A stretch of 64,000 bases of DNA, from the NCBI GenBank assembly GCA_016748015.1, contig JAAOMT010000776.1, forward strand, positions 617,496-681,495, in the 5' to 3' direction. The position numbers were made by a program, and so were the translations under genes. Each line of letters begins with the position of its first letter. The first letter of the stretch is position 1. This DNA is from Geosiphon pyriformis uo1 (taxonomy: Eukaryota > Fungi > Glomeromycota). The notes under the pieces were generated by a model. The model saw only the letters and a list, made by a program, of their open reading frames with translations. It searched no databases and had not been told where the DNA came from. Of this stretch, positions 12,703 through 26,351 are shown piece by piece.

Positions 12703-15700
12703 TATTATTTATAGAAAAATAATAATAATATAAATAGCCAATAGCAAAATAAAAGATTATTAGAACATATAACACTAAAAATTTTAAAAATATTAGTAAA
12801 GATTTTAAAAATTCTATAAATTGTAGAAATATTGACAAAAATACTAAAAATGTCAGAAATTTCAACAATAATTTAAAAAAATTGTAAAAATTTCAGAAAT
12901 CTTATATTATAAAAATTTATGTATATATATTAATTAATAATTTAAACAAAAAAACAAACAAGCTTATTTTAAATTAGTTTAGTTACTTCTATTTTTATTA
13001 ATAAATTTAAAATCATTAAAATTAAAATTAATATCATAATTATATTAATATTATTTGAATTTATAATAGCTACTTAAATAAACTTAAAACAATAATTTTT
13101 AATTATAGATATTAACAAGATATTAATTATTACAATATTATTTTGTTAATTGTATTTGTTTAAATTATTAACCAATTATAGAAAAACATTAAAATTATAA
13201 TGTTAAAAATTGTCTAATAAAAATATTGTTACCAAAAAATTTTTTATTCATTTTTTAATATTGTAAATACTATTTTGTTATTAATTGTGTTTTTAATAAA
13301 AGTTAATAAATCTTTAATAAGCTAATTTTTTTTTAAAGTATTTTTCTATACTTTAAATTATATATATTATTAGACTTATAATAAAATAACCAATTCTATA
13401 TCAATTATTTGTATAATTACTTTATAGTAAAAATTGATTCTTTTATAAAAAATCTTATTTGTAAGTTTTTTAAAATATATGTAGTTATTTATAGTAAAAG
13501 TCAAATTTTTTACAAAATATTTTGATTGTAGATTATCTAATAATATAAAAAAACAAAAAAAATAAAAAAATATGTTAAAAAAATTATTTTAAATTCAAAC
13601 TTAAAAGTTATTAATAGTTTATTAAATTTAATAACTGGTTAATTTTAAATTATTAGTGTAAAATAATTAAATTTGCAATAAAAATAATTAAAAATTTTTA
13701 TGTTTTCAAAGTAAGTTTTATTAGAATTAATTTATATAAAAGATACTAAAAAAATGTTAATTTTAATTAAAATAAATACTAGTTAATATATTTTTTTTAA
13801 AAAGAAAAGCTTTTTTTTTATACAATTTGTTAAGTATTATTATTTAATCTAATATTTTTTTTTTCTAATATTTTGGCAGATTAAAAATATATTTTATCAA
13901 ACTATAAATAGTTATAAACTCTAATAACCAAAAAAAAACTATTTTTACAATTCAAAATAGCAATTACAAATTTAATATAATACTATTTGAATTAATCAAT
14001 GCTTTTATAATATTCTACTGGCTAATAGATATTATATACTCTAGAATTCTGTAAAAATCTATAGTAGTCTACTTGGATAATTTAAATGTGTTCTTACCAA
14101 TATTTGAAAATATTTTAAATATCTATAGTAAATTTTTGAAAAATTTCAAACCACTGAACTGAAACTTAATCTTAAAAAATGCTTTTTTAAAAAATCACAA
14201 TTTACTTTCCTAAAGCACATTATTGGAAAAAAAAGAATAAAACTTGATTTTGCAAAAATTAAGAAAGTCAAAAATTTTCTTTATCTTTAAAATCTGACTA
14301 AACTTCAAGGATTTTTAAGATTTGCTTTATATTACTAAAGATTTGTCAAAAACTTTTTAATAATAGTTCAACTATTAAATCAATTATTAGCTAAAAATAC
14401 AACATAAAAATAAAGTAAAAAACAAGAATAAATATTTAACTACTTGAAGCAAAGATTTACTAAAGCTCTTATTTTAGTATATTTTAATTTTATTAAAAAA
14501 TTTGTACTTATAACTAATATCTCTAGAACAGATCTAAGTGCTGTATTATTACAACAAAATAAAAAAAAAGAATATGTAGTTGTATATACCAGCAGAAATC
14601 TAAGCATAATTGAAAAAAATTACATAATTTATAAAATAAAATGTCTTATAATATTACAAATTACAAAAAACTTATTTGGTTGATAAACAAAAACTCATTT
14701 AAAAGACATTATGCCAGATAAGTTACTACTTTACAACTTTATATATATAATATTATTTATAAAAAAGGAACCAAAAACACAAATACAGACTGTTTATTCT
14801 AAATAAAACATATATAACTATTAAAAATTACCTACTACTTAATTAAAATAAACACCAAAACACATTAATATCTAATATATTATCTTACAACTCTCTAATT
14901 ACCAATAAAATTATTGTTGAAAAAACAAACAAAAATTCAGAAACAAACTAAACATTATCTAATTAAAAACAATATACTATACCAATATCACTAACATAAT
15001 TTATTCCAAGTGATTACCAAAACTGAAAAAAAAATTATTTTTTACAATATATACTTAGATCTAAATACAAGACACTTTGCAAAAAAAGCCATAATTCAGC
15101 AAACAACTAGTTAGTACTACTGGCCAAAGATACATGTTAATATCATTTAATACATTTACAATTACAATATATGTCAAAGAAAAAAAAATCAAAAGCAACC
15201 AAACTGTTATAATCCATTAAAATAGAAAAACTATTTGACAGAATAAAAATCAATTTAGTAAAACTATTAACTATTATTACCAAAAAAAACTAATATATTA
15301 TAATCACTATGAACTACTTAATAAAATGGCCAAAAGCAAGGATTATTAAAACTGCAGATGCTAAATTAGTTGCTGACTTTGTATATAAAAATTTAATTTG
15401 TAAATATGGTTGTTTAAAAAAGCTACTCTTAAATTAAAAAATTTACTTTGTAAACAATTTGCTTATTAAAATTAGTCAATATTTTGAGATAAAATGACCT
15501 TTTTCATTACTTTACCATCTATAGACAAATGAATTAGTAGAATGTTTTAATAAAATATTATAAAAATTACTGGTAAAAATAACTAATAAAAAAAAAAAAA
15601 AATGGAATTTATTTATCTTTTTAATTTTATTGGCTTATTAAACATTAAAACATAATACTACAAAATTCACATTATTTAAATTAGCATGTAAAAAAAATGC

Positions 15701-16220
15701 TATATTATCTATAAAATTAATAATAAATACTTATTCAACAAAACCAATAAATAAGAACAACTTACAAAAAACTATTAAAAAATAGGCTTACAAACTGTTA
15801 GAAAAACTAAAAAACAATTGTCAATATACAACTAATAATATTAAATACTTCCAAAAACAACAAAAAGTTTAACATAATAGCAAACTTCCAGAATAATTTA
15901 TTGTCTACAAAATAAAAAATAAAGTTTTATTATATTAAACAAAAACAGAAAAACAATAAAATAAAAAATTTAACAATAAATAAAACAAACTTTTTTATGT
16001 TTACAATGTCTTAGATAACAAAGCATATAAATTATATTTAGATAATAAAATTTCGAAACAAGTTGTACATAATAACTGATTAAAAATCTACTATTAACAA
16101 CAATTATTTGATCTGTTAATGTTTAAATTAGGAACACATATACTAATTATGTCTTTTGACCAAATTATATAAGACTTAGAGCCAATAGTAATTATTGAAC
16201 ATTATCTAAGAAACAATTAA
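12703..16220 (+). mobile_element. Decayed Ty3/Gypsy LTR retrotransposon (5' LTR ~12703-13097; pol RT-RNase H-integrase ~13880-16100)
   Basis: RT motif VVYLDN (from YLDD) is at 14064-14081. The RNase H relic is ORF 14444-14683 (ITNISRTDLSAVL from TDASGTGLGAVL; YTSRNLS). Integrase relics include YYWPK, YLIKWPKA and YHL*TNELVECFNK. The domain order RT-RH-IN is Gypsy. The LTR is homologous to 20301-20734. Confidence 0.88.
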
Positions 16221-17877
16221 TTCGATTAACTACATTTGAATTATCACCATTAATATTTAAAAAAAAAATTAAACCAATTTCAAAAATAGTTAAAAAAATT
16301 AGAAACATTAAATTATTAAAAAAATTTTTTTAAAATTTTAATATATAAAAATAATTCATTTTAGTATTTATTTATTATTTATTTTTATTATTATAAATAT
16401 TGACTCTTTTATTACAGAATCAAAAAGTGGATATAGTAATAAGTAAGAGTTCAGATGTGGTTACTAGTAGTAAGACTGTGATAAAAGTGATATTAATAAA
16501 TTAAGTGATTGTTAAAGAGTTTAAAAAAAAATTGAATAATTTGTCAAATATGATTATAGACTTGTTAGCCAAGTTAAACAATAAAAGTTTGAGTTCAGAT
16601 ATTTTTTTTTATTAATGAATAATTTGATTTGAAATATTATTACATGCAATATTAAAGATATAAACAATTCTGCAAAGCAAAAGGATATTATTTATTAGTA
16701 TAGAAATATGAACAATGTGATTTTGATTATTACTGAAAAGAAAAGTTTGCCCATAGATTACTAATAAGTTTGATGGTATTTGTGTATTCATTTTTGGTTT
16801 GAACTCTGGTTATTTGGATTTTAGTGTTATTATGAATATTGCCTTAGCAAGACATGTATATAAGATTTCTGAGGTTTCTGATTGTCTTCTTTTTATTAAG
16901 TTGCTCTTCAAAAATAAACTTTTTGTTTCAATTTTGGAGCTGTATGATAGTGTTTTACTAACAGTACATTTGTTTTAGACTGAGAAAATTATTTTTTTAA
17001 TTGTTAAAACTGTAAATGAATCTTCTTTTGTTATCTTAAATAGAGATTTTAATAAAAATAGTTCTTGCAAGTGTGTTAATTTTAGAAAATGCCTTAGTTT
17101 GAAGCTGGTCAATTCACTAATTAGAAGTTTGGTTGCAAAAAATTCAACATAGAAAAATTCCAGGAGTGCCAAAAAAACAATTAATTACATGTTTATTTCT
17201 TTGAGTTTAATTAATATAGTAGTGAATCATAATATTAAGAATATTAGAAAGTACTTCAATATTAATCTCCAAGCTATTTTTGTTTTTGTGAGTTTGAGTA
17301 GCTTATTAAATATACAACTCAACTTTTTGTGCAAACAGACAAATAAAAATTATTGGAAGTTTGACATCAAAAATGCTAATGAAGTAAAATAGACCAGATT
17401 TAAAGATACTATAGCAGTTAATACAGTGTTGTTTTTTGGTAAGTTTGTTACATTCAAGAGATTCTTGGACCTAAATACAATATGGAATACTGTTTGCAAA
17501 GTGGTGTGTCTATTAGCTAATGAGATTTTCAGAAAAAAGTGATTTAAGAACTTTGATTGTGTTTTTACTAAAGACTTTTTTAAGTTTCATAAATTGGAAA
17601 TTTTGGTTTTGAAAATTGTTAAGTCTTTATATATTGGTATTATTGGCAAGTTTGTTTCTTTGATGAATTGTTGGGTTTTTTGGACAGTAATAAAGCTTTG
17701 AGTATTCAGGTTTTATTGGATTCTGATGTAGATTTTGATTGTATAAGATCTGTTTTTTTTGGTATAAAAAGATTGTATTATGTCTCTAAGTTTGCTAAAT
17801 TACTAAGGGCTGAGAAATTGAATATTAAATTTGCTATTAAGAAATAGATAGAAAGTTTTATGGTCAATAAAAACCAC

Positions 17878-19283
17878 TGTTATCAGTGGTTTTTGTCAAT
17901 ATTTGGAAACATTTTTTAGTTCAACTGGTAATACATATTACCATAATTATGCCATTAACTATAGCATATTATGGGTGTATGAACTGTTTTAGTAGATGGA
18001 AAAGCAAAAGAAAATACATGATAAAGTCATTAAAAGTAAAAAAAAGTATTGTTATTATTATTTGTTTTTGAACAAAAACTAATCTTAAGTATTTTAAAAG
18101 GAAAAAAAAGTCACATCTCTTTATATGTATCAGAAATACAACTAACAACAAAAGTGAAACCAACTACTCTAATAAATACTTAACTAGAATTTTTTTAATT
18201 AGTTATTGAAAAGGTGTGGTGTTTAAATACCCACTTTGAAAACAAAGTTATAGGAATTATAAAAGAATTGTGAAAGTAAAACATAACTGAAATAGATTTC
18301 AATTAAACTTTTAATTATTAAGACTATTCTCTAACAAGATAATATTTTGTTACTTATTTTTATATTTAACAACTTGTTCAGTGAAACAAAACTTAATGTA
18401 AAATAGTAATAATATATTATTTAAAAGATCAGAAATAATAAAAAAACTTAAAATAATAATAACAAGTAGGTAAAAGATTATAAACAATATAATTCCAAAT
18501 GGTAATAAGGAATATAGAAAGCCATATTTGAGATTGTGATAACAAGTATTTAAAGCATAGAAAAAAGGAAAAAAAAAGTGAAGAGTAGAGAAAAAAACTA
18601 ATTGCTCACTATAAAACTATAGCAAAGAGTTGGCTTAGTATTTAATTGGTACTTTCCTGAACTAACAAAGAGGCTGTATATATAGCTAAATTACATCAGA
18701 TCTATATACTATATTAAGACTATTTAAAATACATCAATTATTTATATATATTAAATTGATTAATTCATAATAAGCTTATTTGGTCTGTTATTTATCCAAA
18801 AACTAGTAATTTAGATAATCAGATTTAGATGTCTGGATTTAGAATATTGATTATAAATCAATAATACCAATTGTAATTATGATCAACATAATTAAAAGTA
18901 AATCAATTGATTACATTTCTTGGTAACTACTTTTAACTATTGATTGCAAATTTGGAATGTTGGATTGTTCTAATAAGGGCATATAAGAATCTTGGAGCAT
19001 AACAAAGTCTATTGTTATTAAATTACATACATCAATTATTTATTTTTATTGGTGTTTCTTAGTTTGCCAAGATTTTTTTGTATCTAACTTAGTTAAACTG
19101 TTGGATTGTAACATATTTTTTTGTTGTAATTGGACTGATTGCTAATCATTTATTTTCAGATTGCCAGCTGATTTTGTTGATTAAATACGATGATATAGGT
19201 TTTTTTTGCATGGTTTTAATGTTAATTTCCATTGTATATGTTGTAATTTTTGCATTAAAAAGTATGAAAATCTTCTGGTAACA
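17878..19283. mobile_element. LTR-type insertion (solo LTR, possibly with a second nested LTR) with a 4-bp TSD
   Basis: Termini are TGTTATCAG...CTGGTAACA and flanks are CCAC/TCAC. Removing the insert restores the LINE B frame NKNH|TIRSVLEHPF. Confidence 0.8.
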
Positions 19284-19887
19284 TCACACAATTAGAAGTG
19301 TATTGGAGCATCCTTTTTAGGAAATGGTTTTAAATTATTTATTTGTGAGTAATAAGCTGGTTTTTAATCCAATTAAAGTTAAATCCAAAATTGATGTAAT
19401 AATAGAGGGTTGGACAAAAAAAAAATTAGTGATTGATAAGATTTTTGATATGTAAGATCATTAATATTTGCTTTTGGCTTACATTAATAATACTGCTTTT
19501 TTTGATATTAAGTTTGCTATTAGTTTTGATGATTTGTGATGTATAGTTAAAGATCTGTTTAACAGAAAGACTGTTGGTTTATCTGGTATTATTAATAAGC
19601 TTTAGAAATACTACAATGTCTTTGTTCTTATAATGCTCTTAGATCTTTTAAACTTCTGTTTAGTGAATAAGTCTGTATTTTACCCATAGAAAGAAACTTA
19701 AGTGTCAATAATTCTGAAATCTTATAAATGGGATAAAGTCTTGACTAATACAAGACCAATTGTTATGATTAAAATAATTCATAAGATTCTTTCTAAAACA
19801 CTCTTTAACAGGATTTTGATAACATGTAACAAGTTTGGTATTCTTTATAGTGATAATTTTTCTGTGTTAAAAAGCACTACTACTCAA

Positions 19888-20734
19888 TATTACAGATGTT
19901 TATTTGGGATCTGGAAACAAATAACAAACTTATAACTTGGTGTTCAATTGATATGTTGATATTGGTATCTAAAAATTTTTGTATTTGAAGATTTTGGTTT
20001 GAGTTTTTTATATAATAAACAGAGATTCAATAATTTTTTTCAGTAGCCTCTTAGCATTGCAATTCTGACAAATTTTTTTCTTAGTGTAATGACCAGTAAT
20101 TCTCTTGGTAAGTTATTCTTAATGATGAGTGTTCTATCTTTGTTTTATGGGTCTTTTATTAGTTTTTTTAACATCCATAACTCTGTGCATTAATTTTTAA
20201 TTAATTAGTAAATAATAAACAAAACAAAAAAAATAAAATAAAATAAAAAAATAAGCCAAGACAAAAAAGAGTTAATATCCTATTAATAGCCATAATCAAG
20301 AGTTATTGGTTCAGTATAATTAAGTATTAACAATTATCAACATGAATTGTTAATAGTAGAAAGATAAATTGTGATATTAAAAAAGTATTTTATTAATATT
20401 TAATGTTTTCTATTTCAAGTCATAAAATATTATTATATGAAAAGATAGATATGAAATTGGAACTAGAAGTTCTAAAACTAAGAATTCTGTCTTTTTTGTT
20501 TTTAATATTACCACTATATATACCTAAATTTTATTGTACAAGATTTCTTGAATTCCTCAATTTTCTAACCAGAAATTCTGGAATTCTGGAATTCTGTGAT
20601 TTTTTACATGGAAATTCTGAAATTCTCAAATTCTGCAATTCCTCTGAGAAGAATCCTGGAATTTCACTTTACTATTTCTATTCTAATTGGCTAATTATGT
20701 ATTAATATATAATTCCTATATTCTATGAGTAATA
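19888..20734 (-). mobile_element. Truncated Gypsy-type element: LTR (20734-20301) plus the start of the internal region
   Basis: On the minus strand the LTR runs TATTAC (from TGTTAC)...TAACT with internal GAATTCY repeats. It aligns with the LTR at 12703-13097, including the downstream flank. Confidence 0.62.
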
Positions 20735-21690
20735 GTGTTATTTGGAGCAAGAATTTAAATGTTAACTAGTATAAAGTAAAAGGTTACTTGGGAGTTCTGG
20801 ATAATAACCATGCTAATACACTTGTTGATATTGCTTTTTTTTCTGATTAATATTTTTTCTCTTATTTAAAAGAATATTTTATTAAGACTAGTGGTAGTAT
20901 TGTTTTTGGTAATTCTAGATATTTTGTTTATGACATCTTTTAGTCTGTACACTACATGCATTGGAAGGTTGGTTCTGGTTTTAGAGTTTTGGTAAAAAGT
21001 TTGGTTTTGGATGTTAATTGGTTGAGTTCATCCTTGGTATGGCATCCTAATTTTTATATAACTGCTGGTTTCACTAATAAACTAACTGTTAGTATTCACA
21101 TTTATTTTATAAAGGCTTTGTATTATTAGCTGCCCATGACTGTTCAAAAATACCTATATAACAAGCACTACTTTAGTATATTGTATATGTTTTGTGACAA
21201 TGTTGAGATCTCAGACCATGTTTTTTCTTGTATATTTGATAATTTTGTTTACTATTAGCTGTTGGACACCTTTACAACTGCTTGGAGTAAACTGTCTGGT
21301 CTTCTTTATTTTTTTTCTTATATAATTCAGTTGTTGTTCTCTTGTGTTTCAAATGTTGCAATGTATACAACTCTTTATAAGAGCTTTGTTTTTAGTAATT
21401 GGCTTCAGAAAGCTGTGTTTGTCTTTAAAAATTCTAAAGTTGTAAGTTTGAAGATTGTGAACTTTGTATGTGATTTCTGTTTTGCTTTTAGAAATAAAGT
21501 TTGGTTGGTTTGTATTACACATCATGCCTTTATAGAAAAGAATGGTCTGATATTACTGAATGGCTTGATATTTGCTTTGGTTTTTGGGATGTCTTCAGTG
21601 CTTTCTGCTGGCATAGTTAAATTGTTTGGTATTGCTAAGACATTTGGTATTAGTTTTGGATTGTATAAGTTTTGTTTGTTTTTTTAGGCA
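20735..21690 (+). mobile_element. LINE ORF2 3' fragment (RNase H C-terminus and Zn-binding motif)
   Basis: KVKGYLGVLDNNHAN (from KVKGHSG..N..AD) is at ~20772 and LYMFCDNVEISDHVFSC at ~21181. ORF 21262-21687 is its C-terminal tail. Confidence 0.75.
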
Positions 21691-21849
21691 TTGAAAATAC
21701 TGTTTTGGTATATATAAATACTTAGTGTTGTCTTAATTGGGTTGAGTGGCTGGTTACATGTAAATATTATATGATTCACACCTAGTTTAGATTACTTATA
21801 TGATGTATTGTATTAGGTAGTGTTTGGATTTCATTTATAAAACATAAAA

Positions 21850-24800
21850 AAAAAAAATTAACTGTTATTATGAATGGTTTTGTACTTAAAAAAAGATCAA
21901 CAAAAGTTTTGACATTGAATTTAATTAATAAAAATTTGGTTTAGTAACAGAAAATGTCTTTAAAAAATATTAAACATTTAGGTAATAAAACAGATTTGAA
22001 ATTTAAAAAAGCTAAACAGATTTTTGGACAGTTCAATAGAATAAATATAAATAAAAAAATGTTAATAGTTTTTTTTACTAACAATAAAGCTAATTATAGA
22101 GTTAACAGTAAAAGTAAAAGTCATTTTGACTTAAAAATAAATATTTTAAAAACTAAAAAAATAAATATTAATAAAATAGTTGGCTTTTCTATTAGAACAT
22201 AAAAATACAGCTTAGATAATAATAAAGTTATGCTTTTTTTTTATTTTTTAGTGCCTTTAAAAAAATAATTTTAAAATTGTTAAAATTTAAATAAAAGTGC
22301 CAATTAAAAAATTATTTGTTTTGGATATTAATTTTTTAGCAATAAAAGACAAATTGGCTACAACAAAAATTCAATTTATCAGAAAATTTTTTTCAATAGT
22401 CAATAGTTTTGAAAAAGTCATTATTCTTTTAAAATTTGAAAAGATTATTAAATTTACATTTACATCAAAAGAAAATATAAATAAAACTGTTATTAATTAA
22501 AAAAAAAGACATTAAAATAAACAACAATCTTAAAAAACAAGAATTTTATTTAGATTGAGCTGTAATAATCAAAAAAATTCACATAAATATGTCAAAAAAT
22601 ATGATTATTATTGTAGTAATTGAATATTATTATTAATATTTTATTATTGTAATTTTTAATTTTTTGAAGATTTTAAATCTTGTTATCTTAAAAATTAATA
22701 TTTTATATAAGTATTATAAATTATAAAAAACTTTTAAATATTATTATTGTTATAAATATTAAAATTTAGATTATTTGGTTTTAAAGTACAAAATATTATT
22801 ATTTTTTATTTTAGGTATGTATTTTAATTAATTGTTTTTCTTAAAACTTTTAAATTACATATTATTAAAGCTAAATTATATACTTTAATTTTAAGTTCTA
22901 CTGTTTTATTTTTTTTGTTACTGGTTTTTTTATTATTGTTGCAGTTTTTAATATAAACTTTTTAATTGACTTTTGTTTAGTTTTTTTGAAATTTGAATTG
23001 AATGTTTTAGTTTTTTTAGTTAAATCTGTTATTAAATCAATTAATTTTTTGATTGTTTTAATTATTTTTTTATTAAATACTTTTTTTGTTTTGTATAAAA
23101 AATCAAAAGATATAATTATTATAGTACAAAATAAATATTTAATTTTATAAATTTTTGAATAAAATTAACAAAAAATTAAAACTAAAATTAATATTAAAAC
23201 TGGTTGGACTTCACTCATTAAATGCATTAATAAAAAAATATTAAAACTAATCATATTAATATTTATAATAATAATTTAAATATATTAGATAAAAATATTT
23301 ATATTTAATTATTGACTTTTTAAAAATATTAACCAATTAGTTTTCAATTAAATATTAATAAAACTGCTAAGTAAATAAATATTATTATTATTAATAGTAA
23401 TATTTTGATTATAATTATGTATGAAATATTTTTTCAAAATAAATTTTCTTTTATAGATTTAATGTAGTTTAATTTAAATTAGATTTATGTTTAGTTATAT
23501 GTAAAAAATACATAAATTATGTTTAATTTAAGATATTTAGATTATTATATTGTATTAAGTTATGATTAAATTATATATGTTAAATAAAAAAACAATATTA
23601 ATTTTAATATTAAATTTTTATTTTATTTATAAGTAAAGTTCAATTACTATTTAATATAATATAACTATCTAAAATTCTAAATTAAATATAACTCATGTAT
23701 TTTTTACATATAATCAATTACTTAAATCAGTTTAAGCTATAATATATTAATACTTCAAAAAAAAACTTATTTAAAAAAAACATTTTTTAAACAATCTTAA
23801 ACAATATAGCATTATTATTAACTAATTCAACTAGTTATTTAGCTGTTTTAAAAGCATTAGTCTTAATACTAATAAATTCATGTTTTTATAGCAATATTAA
23901 GTTAAAAAACATGTTATTATTAATAACAGACAGATTTATATAAAGACCAAACATATCAATATTCTTATAATTATATTTAATCTTTAATATAACTATCTTT
24001 TATTCTAATTTACCAACTGCTTTGCTAAAAGTACTTATATATACCAAAATTTTATTGACTTTAAAACTAAGTACATTATTTAAATTCAGATTATTATTAA
24101 TAAATTGTTTAAGTACAACAATTAAAGATCTAATTGGCTTAATAATAAACTTAACCAAAGCAGAAAGCTTGGCCAAATCAGACTTTAAAAAGGCCAATTA
24201 AAAAAAAACTGCAGAAATATTAACCAACATATTAGTAAAAAAAAGCAAAACTAACTGAAAAGCTAGAAATTAAAAAAGACATCAGAGCAATAATTTTAAC
24301 ATAAAACTTGATACTAATAAAACAAGACATAAAAGTGTTGAAATTTTTAAAAAAAAGAAATAGAAACATTTTATAATCAACAACTAAATAGTTTAAATCT
24401 TAATATCTAAAACAGTATTGACATTTAAAAGTTTTTTATTAAATGTAACACTTTTTTAAAGTACTAATTTTAAAAATAACAGCATTTAAATTATTTTATA
24501 AACCAAACATAACCAGAACAAATTGAAAACAATAACCAGAATTAAATAAATAAAGAATAAAACAAGTTTGATTATCAACTTAAAAAATTATATCACTGAT
24601 TTTATAAGCAATATAACTAAAAAAAATTAATTAACTTGGTCTTGAACTTATTATGAAACAGAATAATTTTATTTAAATTTTTTAAAAAAAATCTTAATAT
24701 TATTTTTGTTTAATAAAACTGATTAATAATTCAAAGCAAATACAACAAGATCTAAAGTTTTGAAGTAAAATATTACATATTGCTAAACACTAACTGGTTT

Positions 24801-25760
24801 TAATATAACACAAGAAATTTTATCAAATACACTAAGAACTATCTTAAAATTAGCAGTAGGTATATCTAAAAGCATATTATACAATACAATAGCAGCAAAA
24901 AAAGAACCAAACTCAGAAATTGTCAAGAACTCAACAATTTTAAGAATGATTAAATAAATAAAACTTGTAAGCTTAACCAAAAAAACAGTTTTTAAAAATT
25001 TTTGTGAAACAAATTCCATATAAAAAAGCTTTATATTGTCTTTTAATATTGATTTTATATCCAAAAAACCATATACAAACTAAAAAACAGTTTTAATATA
25101 AACCAATTTAATCTTAAAGATAATACTAAACACCAGAATAAAGACTATTTATTCAGTAAATCTTTAATAATTAGCAATAATTTTTTAATTACCACTAGTA
25201 ACAACATCAAAAATCATTGGAAAAATTGATTCAGTTTTTATTTAATCAGTCCAGTTTTCAAGAACAGATAATCCAACAAAAAACTGTTGTTTTGCTTTTA
25301 AAACTGGTAATAGTCTGCCAAAAAACACTATATTTGGCAATACAATAGTAAAGATGAGTAACTGTTCTTATTTTTTTAAATTTTTAGTCTTTTTGATCAT
25401 TATTTTTAAAGAAGTAATACTAAAAACATCAAGTATAGAAACTATAATCAGAAAAACCAGCTTGTTAATTAATCTATTATTAAAAACTTTTGGGCTTTTG
25501 GAAAATATAAAGACAATACTGAAACTAATTCAAATGTGTTTCTTTGAAAAGACTTTAATTGGTAAAAAACCAGTCAAAAATAAAGAAGATGCTTTAATGG
25601 CCATTAAAAACAGCTTTTCACTATTACTAGCTAAAGAAAAAGCTTCTAAAATGTTTTGTTTAACTGTTTCTACAACAGAAAGAACTTCTTTGATTAAAAC
25701 TTTGTAAGATATTAAAAAAGAGATATTAATTACAGCTTTTTACTCTTTGCTCTCGTTATA
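21850..25760. mobile_element. Further heavily decayed LINE ORF1 fragments (+ strand ~21850-22620; - strand ~23900-25760) separated by near-pure AT sequence
   Basis: ORF 22297-22500 (KKLFVLDINFLAIKDK...IRKFFSIVNSF) is homologous to LINE A ORF1 at ~1575-1700. Minus-strand ORFs 24000-24197 and 24783-25064 look like ORF1 relics with the same mutational pattern. Confidence 0.55.
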
Positions 25761-26351
25761 GTTATAAAATTAAAAAAACAAAAAGTTTTTTTAATTAGAA
25801 ATTTTTTAAAATTTTTAATATTGTTAATTAAAAATCAGATTTTTAAATTGGAATCAGGATAATGCTTAATTATTACATAAATTACAACTTCAAATCATAT
25901 AATAAAATTAATATAATACTCCATGTTATTTTTATCTTTATATGTTTTGACCATAATAATCCTTTTTCGTATAGACGTTTGGGTGTCACAATTTCATAAG
26001 TACACTAATAACGAAATAATCTGCAGATTGAACCTGTTTGCTCGCCGTTATATTGGTAGTTCGAGAGCGATTCATTTAATCTTTCCACATCATAAAAGTT
26101 AGCGAAAAAATAGATATTCATTTAACTTCCAAAAACCAGTCGATAAAAACCAAGAAAGCGGCGGTGGAACAAGATAACCCTATTTTTAAAAGATGAGTCT
26201 AATTGGATAAAAAAATAAATCGAGAATTTTAATTTTAGCTCCAAAAAAGCGTTCGACCTACTACGTTTTAGACCTTCATTTGAAAGATTCTCGACCTTTT
26301 ATCTATTCAGCAAGTTGCAATTCGCCAATTATTTCCCACTCTTTACAAAAC

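Larger units (their letters stand above)
11700..19887 (+). mobile_element. Decayed LINE B, interrupted by a Gypsy element and an LTR-type insertion and truncated within RT
   Basis: ORF1 relics lie at ~11800-12700 and ~16390-16615. The ORF1/ORF2 junction TAATGA is at 16613, followed by MNNLI*NIITCNI. The RT relic VLTNTRPIVMIKIIHKILSK...NFSVLKSTTTQ (19702-19887) is homologous to LINE A. Confidence 0.78.

Noticed and set aside
2466-25707. Numerous short Ile/Lys/Asn/Phe-rich ORFs in the ORF track
   Set aside because: They are fragments of hypermutated TE reading frames or chance ORFs in AT-rich DNA, not host genes.
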